Assembly (NCBI GenBank): GCA_010093705.1
Contig: MU006092.1
Location: forward strand, 1,640,111-1,691,054
From: Patellaria atrata CBS 101060
Taxonomy: Eukaryota
Length of the DNA stretch: 50,944 nucleotides
Reading direction: 5' to 3'
The position numbers were made by a program, and so were the translations under genes. Below the pieces are notes generated by a model. That model saw only the letters and a program-made list of their open reading frames with translations, did not search any database and was not told the DNA's origin. Of this stretch, positions 13,027 to 25,355 are shown piece after piece. The number at the start of each line of letters is the position of its first letter. Position 1 is the first letter of the stretch.

Positions 13027-14437
13027 GAGTTCTTGAACCAACCAGACATATTGGACTGAACGCATAGTTGAATCACTACAACCTCTAGTACGAACTTACG
13101 ACGACACGACGGTTTTCCTTTGAGATGTATTGCACCGTGTCCTTCAGATGCCCGAGACGTTCGCTGGACTTCACTTTCGGTTCCGCACACAATGAACTCC
13201 CTCGCATACCATGGTAAGGAATGATATTGTATTATACACGACTTTCTTTTATTTTATTTTATTTCAATTTTTTAAAATGTATTTGTAGGAACACACAGTC
13301 AGACATGCATATATCGAGGAGGATGTTACTTGTACCATAATACTCTCGAGACGAAGGAAGAGTGTTGCAACGTTGAGCTGGCGGTACGGTAAATTGCAAG
13401 CGGGTAATCATCTCCACAGCCTTCCTTGGAGAGGGAAAGCTGAAAGAGTTCCAAGAAACAGCTGAACGAAAAAATGGAAGTGAATATGTATTTCTACAAG
13501 ATGAAATAAAATAAGAGGTTGTTCTCAGTAGCTACTTAAAAGTCAGCTTTCAAGCCTCGAAGGACTCCACAACCGTGACCTCATCGCATTATTGGTTTCT
13601 TTCTTTTTTCACTTGCAGCCGACCGGTGAAAATGCACCGCCGTCTGACACATGGTGAACTTTATCGAAGCGAAGGAAAACTCTGCAGAGCTTCCAGCGAT
13701 GGTCAGCGCGAACTTTCGTCGGCTTCGCCCCCTTGATTTTAATATTGACTCGATTCTGTGACTCTGTCTCGAAATTAGGTATGGGGCCAATTTCTTGTCA
13801 ATGCCCCCGTTTTTGTATAGGGATGTGCATCCTTCCTACTGGATTTGGAAGTTTGGGAAGTTTCGGAAGTAAGCTTAAGCTTTCCCATTTTATGACATAG
13901 CTCTGTACCTAGGTACCTCGTCTCGAGGAAAGCTGAAGTTATTCGAGCATTCATTGGCTGAAAAAGTGTACCACGCGCCTTACTAAAAAATCGCAAAGGC
14001 TGGTTGGTTGCGCTTGCGCAGGAACAAGCCGAGAAATTGCACCTGGAAGGGTTGCAACTCCCTCAACCCCCTGTTGCTTCCTTCCCTCCCTGAGTTTCCG
14101 GCCGGGGCCCCGTGGTGTCGTTCAATTCCACAATTCAGTCTAGCCGTCTGCGCCCATTCCCAAATAAAGCCCAATTCCCAAGGTCAGCTCTTCTGCCTAA
14201 CGCTCTTTTCTTCCACTCCGTTCAGATAACATACATACTGTACGAGAAGTACTTCGCTTCAGCCTTTCTTTCTCACAGTCCTTCCTTATCTGCAAGCTAT
14301 ATTGCTGCCGTCCCTCGTTGAAGAACTGCATATCAGCTTACTACCACACTCACTCTTTTACATTCCCGTAATAATTTTAATTACCCATACAAATCGCGTC
14401 GCGCCCTTTGTAAACAGCTTCAAAACAATCAATCAAA

Positions 14438-15281
14438 ATGGTCTCCTCAAACGACTTCTCACTCTTCGCCCTTTTCACCGCCGGCCTTGCCGCACTCGCA
14501 TCCGCTCAGAGCTGGACTCAACCCGTGGGTCCCGTTCCCGTCGGTAACCCAACCTCCCATCCTGAGGAAGGCGAGATCGTACCTGTCGGTTCTCCATACA
14601 CCATCACATGGGATCCCACCACCGAAGGAACCATCACCATTCTACTCCTTCGTGGCCCTTCAGAAAATGTTGTCCCTCTCTACCCCATCGCTCAAGCCGT
14701 TCCCAACACCGGTACCTACGATTGGACTCCATCTGCTGACTTGGAGCCGGATACCCTTCGCTATGGCATCCAATTGATTGTTGACGCCAACGGCCAATAT
14801 CAATGTAAGTATATCTTTCGTCTCGCGAGCCGCGCAATTGTCATGGCGTCGTTTCTTTCAATCTGATAGGTCAAATATCTCATTGTTTTTTATAACAGAC
14901 TCTCCTCAATTCGGTATCTCCAACCCAAGCTATACCTCGGTTGCCACCAGCATTCCGGCCACAACTGCTTCCGGAACTGCTTATCCCACTGAGACTTTCC
15001 CAAGCATCTACCCTACCACGACTGGTGCCTACAACACTACCATCCTGACGCACCCGTACACCACGACCACCTACGTCGCACCCACAGGTTCCATGCCTGT
15101 CAATAGCTCTGTTGTCTACCCGACCGTCTCTATGACCGTGCCTACCTCCCTCTTTACCACCGGCACACCTACCGGAGCCGAGTCTACTGGCCTCACTCTC
15201 CCAACCGGTGCTGCTGGAAAGGTTGGCATGTCGGTTGCTGGTGCCGTTGCTGGTGTTGCCGCCGTCGTTTTCGCATTCTAA
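14438..15281 (+). CDS. GPI-anchored Ser/Thr-rich cell-wall protein with Kre9/Knh1-like N-terminal domain; exons 14438-14804, 14899-15281
   Basis: Signal peptide; PYTITW...ILLLRGPS...NTGTYDWTP...YGIQLI...QYQYSPQF; S/T/P-rich stalk; GAA omega-like site and hydrophobic tail. Confidence 0.88.
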
Positions 15282-17200
15282 ATTTTTTTTGATCTCCTGA
15301 TAGCATAAGGGGAAAGTTGAAAATTCAGAAGGACTTTTGTGAAACGATGCGCTACGCCTGGTTTACGTTTAGGATACTTGCATGATAAATCATCTGCGTT
15401 TGGTCGGGATATCTGATTTAGTTTATTGTGTTCTAGTAGTGGAATTTGGGTTTAGTAATTTGGTGGCTCAAGGTCGGAGGAGATATCCGGCTGTGAGAAA
15501 ACTTTGCATGTGGTAGAAAATGAGAAGTGCATCAAACCAAGTCTCACCTTGCCTGTGTTACCTGTGTGAAAAGTCTTCACTTTAGAGCTCTTTAAAGTTG
15601 GTTCGTAAAACATCGTCTGGTGTGGACTATGTCTTCGGATCAACGTTCACTTTTACATGGATCGTGCTCCCAGATGTACTTGAGAGTGCGCACATGTACT
15701 GGATTTACTGCGCTCTTGGGGTATCCTGATCTGGATAGTCTTTTGAAAGTGGTACAGTATGGATGGCGATGCTAACCTAAGCTTCTGGTAGTGTGATACC
15801 GGTCCTACAATCACTTGTCTTCAAGGTCGGATGGAAATTATATCTCGGGTATTTTCAAATACGAATGGGTAGGGTTGTTAGGCTTGTACTGTACAGTACG
15901 ACTGTGGAGATATCTCATAGTCTACCTAAGGTTTTGTTTGGGTTACATGCGGTCGGATGTCGGACTGCTTCTAGTTGTATTGTACATACCGAACTGTACG
16001 AGCGGCGGGGTGTACGGGATGTCTACCCAGAATAGTAGAGAGTGGAGAAGGTAGGTAAGGTACTTTATGCCTCAGTGCAGCAAAGTTGTCACGAACTCAC
16101 CTTCCAGTACAGCAAGGTATCAGTATTTCATAGGTAGTGGCGGGTCTGCTTCGTCAACAAGTGTGGCGCTGAGAAGCAAAAGCTTAGGTTCTGGGGAACA
16201 GAAATTCGGTCATCACTCATAAAAAATACAAAACGGCATTCGTCGAAAGGGGCTCGGCTTATATTACTGGAGCTCCTGATAAATGTTGAATTGCGATCGG
16301 CCTTGAGTCTTAAGGTACTGTACTTACTGTACTGTACCTTTAGATGATGACGGGAGAACAACTCGTGGTAGGGGATACGGTAATAATCATAAGATTACTT
16401 ATGGAAAAGGGAGCTCTGCAGCGCAACTGTGTTAGCATAATTCCCTTATGTAGGTTTTGATGTTTCCTTTTTGCGGCCTTTATGGCTTCGAGACGATAAG
16501 AAAAAGAAAAAGTAACAAAGAAACTTCCCCAGATTCCTCATCAACGGCGTAAATTCGGGTTCCTGGAATGGAAGCGGTGAGGTTACTTTACTGTACTGTA
16601 CAGTATTAGAATAGCTCAACGCCAATCAGTACAGGTAGAAAAAAAATTATGATAATAATAATAGGAGGCAAATCGCAATCTAAATCCTGTTCCAACTTCC
16701 CAGTGCCATGGTCGTATGAAAACCGGCGTTCGTTTATCTAACCCTCGTTTTACAAAATGATCATGTTTATCTCCTCTTCCTCACTTGCATTCTGAAACCT
16801 CTTCAAAAGGTACAGATTTCAATCCTGGACGTCGGGGTGCGCTCACCTCAGGATATCCTCAATTGAGCGTACGACAGTATATCTGCGTACCTACTTACCT
16901 TAGATAGGTACTTCTATTGTGACAGTAGTACCTCACCGCGGCATATATTAGGAATTACCTCCACCCTGCATCTTACCATCTTACCATCTTACCTGCAGGC
17001 CGCGCCTCAGTTGCACGGAAAGGTACAAAAGTACAACCCCTCGATATATGGCTCGCGCTTTTATCTTGTGTAATGTTGGAACAGATTCAGAGCCAGATGA
17101 TACCTAACCATTCTGCAGTTACCATATCCTCCCCTCCCCTCTCACCAAACCTCTCCGAATAGTACCTTTCTCTTCTCTCCTGGTCTACCAAACCTTGAAA

Positions 17201-20200
17201 ATGATCGGGGCTTCCTTTATACCTACCAGATGGCGTGGGAGCGACCCAACCCCTCACAAGCATATTCCAGGATGGTACAATCATTATCTGGCACCAGTCC
17301 TACAATCCTTCACTCGACGAGCATGCACGCATCCTATACATACCGTCGTGTTCGTAGCTTTGCTCGCAAGCACCACATACATTGGTATCCTAGAGGGAAG
17401 CCTATTCGAGCGAAACCCTGCTTTATCAAAAAGTATTGGACGTGTAGATTTTGATACTTTGGCTGCTGGTAGCAAGATTCTACACGTTGGGCCAGAGACT
17501 AATTGGAGATGGCAGGTGGAAGAGAGCGCCACAAATTATGGCGATGCTGAGGTATTACCGTGAGAATAGGTCAATTGAGATTGTTGGCTGATGTTCTAAA
17601 ACCGTAGCATTTCGCACTCCTCACATTGGTCTTTCCCGACTCCGCAGCGAATGGCTCCCCTAGAGCAGCTCCTCTGGCGGAATCCATCCCAGTTCTGGAA
17701 AATGAAACAGCCTGGATCCTACCCAGCTCCACGAACCCAATCTCTCAAATGTCCCACGATTCGTCACTCGCTTTCTCCATGCCGTATGAACAGGCTTCTC
17801 GGTTTGTCAAGCTTGCCCAGGAGATACCTATTCCAGATGAAACTTCAAGAGCCGAGAAAGTGCATGATGATGGCTCGAGAGAGGAGAAAAAGTGGATTAT
17901 GAAGGCAGTTAGCAATGACGCGTTAACATCGGGTGGGGTAAGGAAATGGGCAAAGAACGCATGGACCGACTTTATTGATCTTCTCAAGGTAAGATGGGCA
18001 GAGAAGAGGGTACGGAGAGTTGCGCTAATGTTAATCATAGAACGCGGAGACGTTAGACATAGTCATCATGTCTTTAGGGTATCTATCCATGCACCTGACA
18101 TTCGTCTCTCTCTTCCTATCTATGCGCCGTCTGGGGTCCAATTTCTGGCTTGCGTGCACCGTACTTTTATCCTCGGTTTTCGCTTTCCTCTTCGGCCTTA
18201 CGGTGACTACTAAATTGGGTGTTCCGGTAAACATGGTATTGCTGTCTGAAGGTCTTCCGTTCCTCGTTGTGACCATTGGATTCGAAAAACCCATCGTCCT
18301 CACCAAAGCGGTTCTCTCGGCATCCTTAGATCTGCGACGCAAAGGGCCGGAAAATAGCAATTCTGGGAAAAATCAAGCTCCCCTCACCGTTCAACATGCG
18401 GTCACTGCAGCGGTCAAGGAACGAGGATTCGAGATTGTACGGGACTATTGCGTTGAAATTCTTGTACTAGTCGTTGGTGCCGCATCTGGAGTGCAGGGTG
18501 GTCTCAGGCAGTTCTGTTTCCTCGCAGCTTGGATCTTGTTCTTTGACTGCTTGTTGCTATTTACGTTCTACACCTCCATTCTAGTCATCAAACTTGAGAT
18601 TAACCGGATCAAGCGCCACGTAACGTTGCGCAAGGCTCTAGAAGACGACGGTGTCAGTCGCCGCGTTGCGGAAAATGTCGCATCTAGTAATGACTTCCCG
18701 AGACTGAAACCGGATGGCTCAGAAGACGGCTCCTTTACGCAACCTGCAGAGTACTCTATTTTTGGCCGCAAGATCAAGGAGAGCAGCATCCCAAAGTTCA
18801 AGGTTTTGATGGTTACAGGATTTATTCTGATCAACCTGCTCAATCTAGCCACATTACCTTTCAGGGGTTCGAAGAATAATGCTCCTCCCTCGATTCCAGG
18901 ATTGTCGAGCGTAGTCACTCAGCCGCCGATGGATCCCTTCAAGGTTGCTGGGAATGGCCTAGAGACTATATTCGCAAAGTCGAAACAGAACGATGCGTCT
19001 ACGTATGTCACGGTACTGTGTCCCATAAAATATGAGATGCAATATCCCTCAATACATTATTCCGGGGATGAGAAGCCTTCGAACTCCCTGTTCGACGTTG
19101 AGTACACCGATCAGCTTCTCAATGGGATGGGCGGCCGTGTTGTAGATGGTGTTCTTAAGAGTCTCGAGGACCCTGTGCTAAGCAAGTGGATCATCGTTGC
19201 GTTTGCCATAAGCTTGGTATTCAATGGTTATCTCTTCAATGCTGCACGGTGGTCAATCAAGGACCCCGCACACCCTCACCACATGAAGCCGCCAAAGGCT
19301 GATGAGGTCATGGATGGAGAACCAGTGGCTCCAAACACGGATCGGTTGAGAAATGGTAATATGCCCCAAGCTCAGCCGGTCGAGGAATCGGATGAGGAGT
19401 CCGAAGAAGAAGAACTCGAGATCAAGAAAGCACCGGAAGAATCCAAAAGGACAATGGCGGAATGCGAAGCGATATTGAAAGAGAAGCAAGCTCCAACTTT
19501 GACGGACGAGGAATTGATCGAACTATCTCTTAAAGGCAAGATCCCCGGTTATGCTTTGGAAAACACCTTGAAAGACAAGACAAGAGCAGTAAAGATCAGA
19601 AGAGCTGTAGTGTCCAGAACACATGCAACTCGACAAACTTCCAACCTTTTGGAAAGATCTAAACTGCCCTACAAGTACTACGATTACGACCGCGTTCACG
19701 GAGCTTGCTGTGAAAATGTCATCGGTTATCTCCCTCTTCCCCTTGGTGTAGCTGGTCCGCTGATGATTGACGGACAAAACTACTTCTTGCCAATGGCTAC
19801 TACTGAAGGTGTCCTAGTGGCAAGCACAAGCCGAGGTTGCAAGGCCATAAATGCAGGTGGTGGTGCTGTCACTATTCTCACCGGTGATGGTATGACCCGT
19901 GGCCCCTGTGTCACTTTCGAGACTTTATCCAGAGCTGGTGCAGCTAAGATTTGGCTGGACTCCGAGGACGGCCAAAGGGCTATGAGAAACGCTTTCAATT
20001 CGACGAGTGGTTACGCACGTCTACAAACGCTCAAGACAACTCTCGCGGGAACCAACCTCTATATCCGCTTCAAGACTACAACTGGAGATGCCATGGGAAT
20101 GAACATGATCTCCAAAGGTGTTGAAAAGGCACTTGACGTCATGGCCAACGAGAGTGGTTTCGAAGATATGACGATTGTTTCTATATCCGGAAACTACTGT

Positions 20201-20912
20201 ACCGATAAGAAGGCCGCAGCGATCAACTGGATTGACGGTCGTGGCAAGAGTGTCGTCGCGGAAGCCATCATTCCAGGAGACATCGTGAAGAGCGTGCTCA
20301 AGTCCGATGTCGACTCCATGGTCGAGCTTAACATCAGCAAGAATCTAATCGGCAGTGCCATGGCGGGGGCGATGGGTGGCTTCAACGCCCACGCCGCAAA
20401 TATCGTGACAGCCATATTCCTCGCCACCGGCCAGGATCCCGCACAGAACGTCGAGAGCTCAAACTGCATCACCATCATGAAGAAGTGAGTTTCTCCCCCT
20501 CAAGCCCCATCACAGCCGAATACGTTCATTTTAACTTCTTCATAACAGTCTCAACGGCAACCTCCAGATTTCCATTTCCATGCCCTCCATCGAAGTCGGC
20601 ACCATCGGCGGTGGCACCGTCCTCGAACCCCAATCCGCCATGCTCGACCTCCTAGGCGTCAAGGGCCCGCATCCCACCAACCCCGGCGACAACGCCAGAC
20701 AGCTTGCCCGCATCGTCGCGGCCGGAGTGCTAGCGGGTGAGTTGAGCCTTTGCGGGGCTCTGGCTGCGGGCCATCTGGTCAGAGCCCACATGGCGCATAA
20801 TCGCTCCGCGGCTCCGAGTAGGTCTGCCACACCGGGACCAGGTAGCGGTGGCGTCACGCCGACGAGTTTGGCCATGACGGGGATCAAGGATAAGACGGTG
20901 GGGAGGAGATGA
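17201..20912 (+). CDS. HMG1: 3-hydroxy-3-methylglutaryl-CoA reductase (class I); exons 17201-17551, 17608-17988, 18041-20484, 20549-20912
   Basis: N-terminal HPIH motif, sterol-sensing membrane domain ([15 protein letters not shown]), [26 protein letters not shown] and C-terminal HMAHNRS; three canonical introns restore the frame. Confidence 0.97.
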
Positions 20913-22466
20913 TGGGGCCTGGGGTAGACTGGAAGTGCGGCATTTATGTGGCGTTTTTTCTACTGTTATTTTTATTCGGGTTGGCGCGGTTGTGAGCGTT
21001 TTTCGCGCAGGGTGAGTAAGTTTGAGGTTCAGAGGTTAGTATTGTCTACCTGGCAACAGTGCCGAGTGGTTCTGAGTATTGGTGATTGTATATAAAAGGT
21101 GTGGAGAGCGAGGAAAGATCGAAATAGAAAGGGGGTTACGGAAGTGGAAGTGAGATATACCTTAACCTTAAACTTTTTCAGATAGATGAGCGGAATAAAA
21201 CTTCACCCTAAGTGTCGAACTTGGTACTCCGGAAATGGACTCCAAAGCATGGGGCTTAAAATCTGGCTTGGTAACTGGTAAAGGATAGTGATGGTTCGCT
21301 CAGAGGGATCAGGGATCCAGGGGGTAAGAATGTGCAGAGAGCATGGCATTTTCCAATACACGGCTCATATAATGAAATGTTCCTCCCCATGATTGTTTGG
21401 AAATTGGACACCTTCGGTAGACGGGTTAGAAGTTTGTTGCACCCAGTTGTGTACGGAGTTATTGGAGCTCGTTTATCAAAAGTTCGGTGGTTACCGGAGC
21501 GGAATGAGCGCTTCATATAAGGGTATACACGGAATCCGGCGGTGCCTGAAATACGGACAGATGGCAGTGAATAGGGAGAGTTGGGGAGTAAGATGACGAG
21601 GGATTTGGGTGACGGTTCTTGTTTTGGAAGTTGTAGTGAGAAGCAATGGCGTTATTTTGAAGGGAAGGGTTGATAGAATACGCTGGGGGGGTCGGAGTCA
21701 TGGTAAAACGAGTTATTCATTATCAAGGATGATACGTGATTGTGAAGGTAGTCTTATATTTTTATTTGGTAGACTAGAGATGAAATGAAATGTGAAGCGA
21801 AGAAAGGTGGTGATAGAGTCTGAATTGGGTGGAATAGAACAACAGAAAAAGACCTAAAGAAAGACGCCGAATCACACGGTAACGGTCTATTAAGGTCCCC
21901 AAATTACACAGTTTAGTGCATATTCTCCCAGATTCATCAGCGATGACCTTTACAATGATACATCTACCATCGAAATATACTTGGACGGTTGTAGACTGGG
22001 AGTGGCCTTAGAATAGCATAGAGTAAGGTAGAATTAAATGATACCGAGATGGACTGACATACCTTAGGGGTCCTTATTATTATCATTGGGAAAAGTAATA
22101 ACCTAGGGTAACAATAAGGCCGATAAATCAGGCGCCAAAATTACTTCTCAGTTGCCTGAAGGTGAGTCTCTGCCTAATAAGGTTTTGTATGCAAAGATAT
22201 ACCTTAGTCTAATAACATGACCCTTACCGTATAGCTTGGTGTTTGCTGCGCCGCTGTGGCTTACGCTCCCTGTTAAATACAGTCATCGTCATCTGGGTCT
22301 ACTGCAATACAAGTACCTTCAATGTAGCAATGTCTTCCTTGAGCTTGTGGAAGAGCTCCTCCAATTCGACAGGCCAGAAAACCGGAATTGGAATTCTTGA
22401 AACTTCGTGATCGTCTTATGGGCCACATTAGAACCCACCTCGGCCAGAATCACTTACCTGAAGAAC

Positions 22467-23953
22467 ATGACAGCACAGCCAGAAGACCAGCAAACTTTGG
22501 AAGCACAACAATATTGGGGATACTTGTTCAAGGAGAATAAGTGTGGAGCAGACAAATTGAACAGCTTGCTCTCTGGAATTTGGGGATTTATCGTACGCAT
22601 TTCCCCATTCCGAAGGTCATGCGGTTTTCGCTAACCACACCGCAGGGGACAAACTTTGAACCAGGAGACAGTAAAGACATAACGCCCTCTCAAATCGCCG
22701 CGTACTACCGCGCGGTCGGCGGTGATTACGATTGCCTTTTCTCCGAAGCCAACTCCACCTCCATCGCCTTCATATACAAGTCTCTCGGTTGTCTACACTC
22801 GCTGCAGCCTAGCTCTGATGAGGAGACATACAGCTCTCCATATATTCCAGCACTCAAGAGGAAAGGTTTTATAACTTGGCAAACAATCCAGTTGCTTCTG
22901 TGCCCAGAGGAACATGTTCCCTTCATTCAGGAAGCAGTCAGGATATTCGACATCAAGGACCTACAAACGGGCGAAGCTTTCCCCAGGATCTTACCGAAAG
23001 AGGCCTTCCCAGACCGTCCCGATGCGGATATGGTGAGATGGTACGAGTCTGTTTCAGAACGTCTTCGTCAAGATGCATTAGCTGGAGAACTAGAAGCATC
23101 GCACATCGACGATGCAAATAGAAGTTCCAGCGACATTTCCAGGGAGGATGAGAGACACCAAGCAGCGGCCTACTTCCGAAATCCGGCATATCGCAACCAT
23201 GAAGGCAGAGCTGGAATCGTACGGGGTTACTCTAGAAATCCATCCCAATCGCCGCGTGCGATTATCGCAGAACGTGGGAGAGCAGTGGCGAATACGGTAA
23301 GACACTTTTGGAGCCCACAGGATAGACGAAGGAGTGCTCCAGATCGATATCCGGACCAAGACGATGACGATGACCGCACACCAACAGCTCTACCTTCCCG
23401 ACATGTAGCACCAGTACGTTCGAGGGCAAGGAGGGAGAGTACTGAGAGTCTCTCCTCTACCGACCCCGAATCTGAAAGGGACCAAAGAGCGAGACGGCCC
23501 GGTCCGTTACACCACAGAAGAAGTCATGAGCCTCCAACTAGTCCCCGAGAATATTTTCCGCATCACAACGGCGATAACACCCGTTATTCTCCCGCACTCT
23601 CAGAACCGAGAAGACCGCCTGATCCACAAACCGGCTTCATTCCGGCAGATTCTCCGTTATTCGCGACCCGTGTTGCCCAAATGGGTCAACCAGCATACTA
23701 CTACGAAAGGAATGAAAGAAGACCATCCCTACAGCGAAATGGCTCGTATGGACGTCCGAGTGTTCGATATTCGGTCAGCGAAGCTGTTCCAGTGCAGGTA
23801 CCACACTATGCAACAGTCCCACCGATACGCTCGAATGATGATAGATACGAGTCAAGGTCGAGAGACCGATCTCGTAGCGGTTCGCACAGATACGTGACAC
23901 CTATGAATGGTGTGGGAGGAAGAAGATATCCTGCGGATACGGGCTGGCGCTGA
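22467..23953 (+). CDS. Conserved fungal hypothetical protein (DUF7514-like N-terminal domain, disordered R/S/P-rich C-terminus); exons 22467-22592, 22646-23953
   Basis: Intron 22593-22645 (GTACGC...CTAAC...CAG) joins MTAQPEDQ...YWGYLF to the long ORF; motifs SLGCLHSLQP, PAL...GF..WQTIQLL..PEEHVP, LPKEAFP. Domain name is recognition only. Confidence 0.78.
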
Positions 23954-25355
23954 GAGTCGTGTATGTACAGCACGGCGGTATTGACTTGGATTTGGTGGTT
24001 TATCTTTGGTTACTAAGGTGCAAAGGTGGTCTACTTTATTTGGATGGACGATGATCAATCTCCCCTTCCTACTTGATTGGTAGGTTTCTTATTCATCGGC
24101 TTGCTTTTGGGTCAAGAGATGATGGGCTCATGCAAGATGGCTACATGAACCTATACGACGAAACGAACATGAGGGTACGGTACAGTACCTTATGCACACC
24201 TGAACAAAAGTTTAGCACCTTTGTACATTACATATACAGGGTGCCAGGAGGTCGTGAAGGCGTAAATGCTTCTAAGCACTCCTGCCTTAACTAAGGTATC
24301 TTATCAATATGCCCTACAAGAGTAAATACTGTATGAGCACCACGCATCCTAATGCTCATGTGGCGGTGCTCAGTGATGGTACGGTGGGGATATCCGCCAA
24401 GGTGATAATTGACGGATGGATGTGGACAAGGTTAATCTCCGCATCTTTCTTGGAAATCTGACCCTTTTCCCGCCGATTGCGCGATCTATGTGCATAAAGT
24501 AAAAAACACCGCTGGAACACTACTACTACTACTTTAGCTGAGGTGAGGATAAGGGAGACGCGCAATACCTGACTTTTTAGAACGTAGAGTATGTAACCTT
24601 TGACTTCATAGGACTTGGAATCAAGGGGCTGTTCTGTTATCTATCTCGCGGCATACCGTAAGGCACCCGAATACTGTATATTGGACCTCAATCAATATAA
24701 TAAAAGTTGCTCTGAGAGGTTTGAACGAGATCCGAGATATCCAAGCCAAGCAGATTAGCAGAAGCCTGTGCACCTTCCTCCTTTCCCGTCCTTCCCTCGC
24801 TCTTTCCCTCGCCCGCAACGGCGGGAAAGAGCCCTGGCAGCACCCTAGTTTGGGAGGCGTCATCGGCTTCGATCAAGGATTGGCAACCCGAAAGAGCAAC
24901 GCCAGCTACAGAGTAAGGTGGACAAACTATCAACGCTTGCTCGACACTTGTTTTCCACCTCCTCTCCTTTTCCTTCTCTTCTACGGTACTTTAATGAATC
25001 CTATTCACCGCTTCTATAGTCCAGCTGCCTGAGACGACATCGATCCAGAGCCATTGTCACTTGGCAGTCTACCCTAGGCGCATGATCGACTCATCGGTCC
25101 CCCACGCGTTACTCCTCCATCGAAATTTGAAGCTACAAGCTTTTAGCGTCACCCAAAGAGCTCTCCCGCCGAACTGACTGGAGCGCCCTCAGCCAGGCAA
25201 CTTGGTAGTACGACCGGGCATACATTCATTCCTCCTTTTCTTTTCCTTGATATCTCGCTTTCTGGCTGAATTATCTCCTAAAGTCACCCTTTTCTTATCC
25301 GATAATCTCAACATTACGACTTGCACCTGATCGTGGGTTGGGAACATTTGCCATC

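Noticed and set aside
17201..20912. HMG-CoA reductase as statin self-resistance gene of a biosynthetic cluster
   Set aside because: No PKS or terpene synthase in the window; full-length housekeeping architecture with housekeeping neighbours.
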